DNA of 64,000 nt from an uncultured Chloroflexia bacterium (GTDB lineage Bacteria; Chloroflexota; Anaerolineae; CG2-30-64-16): the NCBI GenBank assembly GCA_963774265.1, contig CAVZDU010000010.1, forward strand, positions 64,001 to 128,000, in the 5' to 3' direction. Below the pieces are notes generated by a model. That model ran no database searches. It saw only the letters and a list, made by a program, of their open reading frames with translations, and was not told the origin of the DNA. Below are positions 61,644-64,000 of the stretch, piece after piece. The position numbers and the translations under genes are program-made. How positions within the stretch are numbered: the stretch's first letter is position 1; the number at the start of each line of letters is the position of its first letter.

Positions 61644-63672
61644 TTACGATGGCGGCATTATACCGGCATCTCTCAGTAAGTCAAATCGCGAATAGGCGGG
61701 AAGGCGTTGCGCCACCAGGGCGATCAGCGTATCTCTGTAGCGAACCCCTTGCTCCCATTGCATGCCCGGCGACGTAGTCCGGCGCTCCAACTCATTGCGT
61801 CCGAAGATCGCGCTCGACACTCAGGCCCAAATCCTGGAGCAACCCGGCCAGTAAGTCGGCCGCAGCATTCATCTGCGCTTCCGTCGGCGCGGCCAGATCA
61901 AAATCCCCCGCGAGCGCCACTGCCACCCCATCTGCATCCACCGCAGCCAGCCGGGATTGGTTGACCCTCGCTTCAAGCCCCTGCGTCTGGTATGTCATTC
62001 CGTTGCCGGCGATCAGGTAGTGGTAGGCGATGCCCGTTCGACCACGCCTGATCTGCCGTCGGGCCAGCTGGGCAGGCGTCACATCTGCGGGTGTCGCAGT
62101 GTGGTGGATGATGATGCGGCGGATGTCACTCAGGGGCCGTTTTGGAGCGACTTTCGTCGCCAGCCGATCCATCTCCTCGCGAACATCCTGCAGGGTAGTG
62201 GCTTCGAATTCCCGCTCGATCGCCACTGACTCCACGCCGCCACCGGTCTCGGTTTCGAGGTTGTTGGCCTGCACCAACACCTGTGCTACCGCCTGTTTCG
62301 CCTTCGCCGCCTCGGCCCTCCGCCCTTCCAGCGATGCCAAACGTCCCTGTGCGCTGGCGATGTTCGCGCGTAGCGCATCCAGACCCTGAACCGTCGCCAG
62401 CAGGATGGTAACCTGTTGACGTAACGCAGAGATCTGGTTGCGCACCTGGGCCGCGTCGACGTTCGTCCCGGGCGACGGGTCGTTCAGCGCGGTCTCCAAC
62501 CCCAGCAGCCGGTCGAGCAGGCCTCGAACCTCCTGTGCCGTCGGTCCTGGCGCGGCAGTCTGGCCCGCGGCTGCCAGAGCGGCGCGCGCCTTCTGCAAAT
62601 CGCCGGTAAATGCGTCTGCCTGGCCGGCGGCCGTTCTCATTGCCGCCTGCACTGCAGCCACCCGGGCCCGCAGGTCTGTCTGTGGGTCTGAGGATGTCGG
62701 CGTGGGCAGCGGGGTCGGGGACGGCGTGCTTGACTCGCGCAGCGTTGCGATCTTGTCTATCAACAGGATTGGCTTTTGATCGTTGTCCTTCCCCAGGTGA
62801 CGGAACGTCTCCCACAACCCCGAGTGGCCCACCTGGTACAGGCACGCGCCCATCAGGTAGTCATCTACTGTCATCTGTGCGTTGTACCACTGCAGCGACT
62901 CCCAATACTGGGTCTCGGAGATGGCCTCTCCCGGGTATAACCAACCCACATCACCCGCCGGGTCGTTAGAATGGCGATACATGCGTGCCAGGCCAGCTTC
63001 TGTGATGATCACCTTGTGTTTGTTTCCGTGGCGTTCCCGGATGCCCTCGAGCAGGGTGCGATATAGCAGTGCGGCTGTGGCCGTCTCTGCCTTGGACATG
63101 AGCGTCGGCCACCCGTACTCGTGGAAGCCCAGGTAGGTGTAGGCCGCGAGGGAGCGAGGGAAATGGGCGACGACCTGATCTTTCGCGACGAAGTTGCCGG
63201 CCGCGAAGTTGAATGCCACACCCTCCAGGCCATCCGATCGCATCCGTTCGAGGAATGCGACTTGAAAGCGATCGAGCGCATCGTAGCGCGCCAGCGTTTC
63301 GGCGTCCGGCTTCCAGTCAAGAAAGCTTGCCGGCCCCCTGACTGGCTCATTCAGACTCATCCACGCGTCAATCAGCAGCCGGCCGTTGGCGCCCTTCTCC
63401 TTGGCGAGCTGGAAGTCGTGGTTGATGACGTTCTCGGCCAGTGTGCGGCCTGCGCCTTCCGGGTCGCCGCCGGTCAACCAGGCCGTCTGCTGGGGCAGGT
63501 CAACAAACATACGGCCAATAACGAAAGTGTCGGGCGAAAGCGTATTGCGGATATCACGCAGTAATCCCCGATCCCCCACATGGATGAGCAGCACCGGCGG
63601 CTTAACCTTGGCGAACGCTTCGCGCAGGAATTGGACGGTCGTGTTTTCGACATAGAATCCCAGCTTATTCAC
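61644..63672 (-). CDS. Multidomain protein: GH-A-like TIM barrel, coiled coil, Amidase_2/PGRP-like domain (frameshift near 61810)
   Basis: LNEP, GFHEY, IITEAG; IIIHHTA, IAYHYLI; the shifted frame continues IFGRNEL..TTSPG to TAA at 61644; GTG start. Confidence 0.7.
61657..61684 (-). promoter_or_regulatory. Sigma70-type promoter of the lys operon leader
   Basis: TTGACT-16 bp-TATAAT. Confidence 0.75.
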
Positions 63673-64000
63673 GGACCTCACCCCTTTCTGCGCTCGGCTC
63701 CGGCACGAAAACCTTCGGCGGCGCTCCGTCACCCCCCGGCATCTGCCCGGGACCCCACATCTGCTCCCGTAGTGATGCTGAGTGGGAGGTGCTGGGTCCT
63801 CCTTCTTCCTTTTCCCTTCTTCCCTTATCATCGGGCGTCTGCCAGTCCTCAGGCATCGTCCATTCATCCGGGAAGATAACCTCATCTAGCCCTTCGTAGA
63901 CCTCAAGGATCTCTTTCGGCGCCATGCTCGCGGGCTGGGCCGGCGCACCGGGCCACGGAGTGCCCTTCGCTGCCAGTTCATCGAGCATGCGCTTCGTATC
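63665..64000 (-). CDS. 3' end of a gene starting beyond the window, function unknown
   Basis: Open frame whose stop overlaps the downstream GTG start. Confidence 0.5.
   Translation of the reverse strand, partial: DTKRMLDELAAKGTPWPGAPAQPASMAPKEILEVYEGLDEVIFPDEWTMPEDWQTPDDKGRREKEEGGPSTSHSASLREQMWGPGQMPGGDGAPPKVFVPEPSAERGEVRE

Noticed and set aside
61285-61650. Lysine riboswitch or T-box in the lys leader
   Set aside because: I saw no L-box or T-box consensus; uORFs plus terminators explain the region

Overview
GC-rich bacterial chromosomal segment, probably from a Chloroflexota (Anaerolineae-like) anaerobe; this is inferred from gene content (LysW-type lysine operon, expanded URO-D-like methyltransferases, PdtaS/PdtaR pair). 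It holds mostly metabolic and housekeeping genes: GH1 and GH94 glycoside enzymes, recJ, fmt, aroE, tRNA-Pro(GGG), uxaE, nagAB, gltX, galK, ltaE, an ABC-2 exporter and a complete 10-gene alpha-aminoadipate/LysW lysine operon. I found no phage, transposase, CRISPR or rRNA. The best new signal is the 5' leader of the lysine operon (61337-61684, minus strand), which holds two tandem leader-peptide attenuators missed by the ORF track. Each has an RBS, a 21-25 aa peptide with four Lys codons ending W-R-x-G-amber, an antiterminator pairing and a U-tailed terminator. Other notable items: a three-gene signalling module (binding protein, dCache pseudo-PP2C, output-less PDZ-7TM-GAF protein), inverted heptamer arrays at lys gene junctions, several probable pseudo-enzymes, and ten frameshifts that can all be repaired at a GCGC motif (probably methylation-linked long-read errors). 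All protein calls come from motif recognition by eye; no database search was run.
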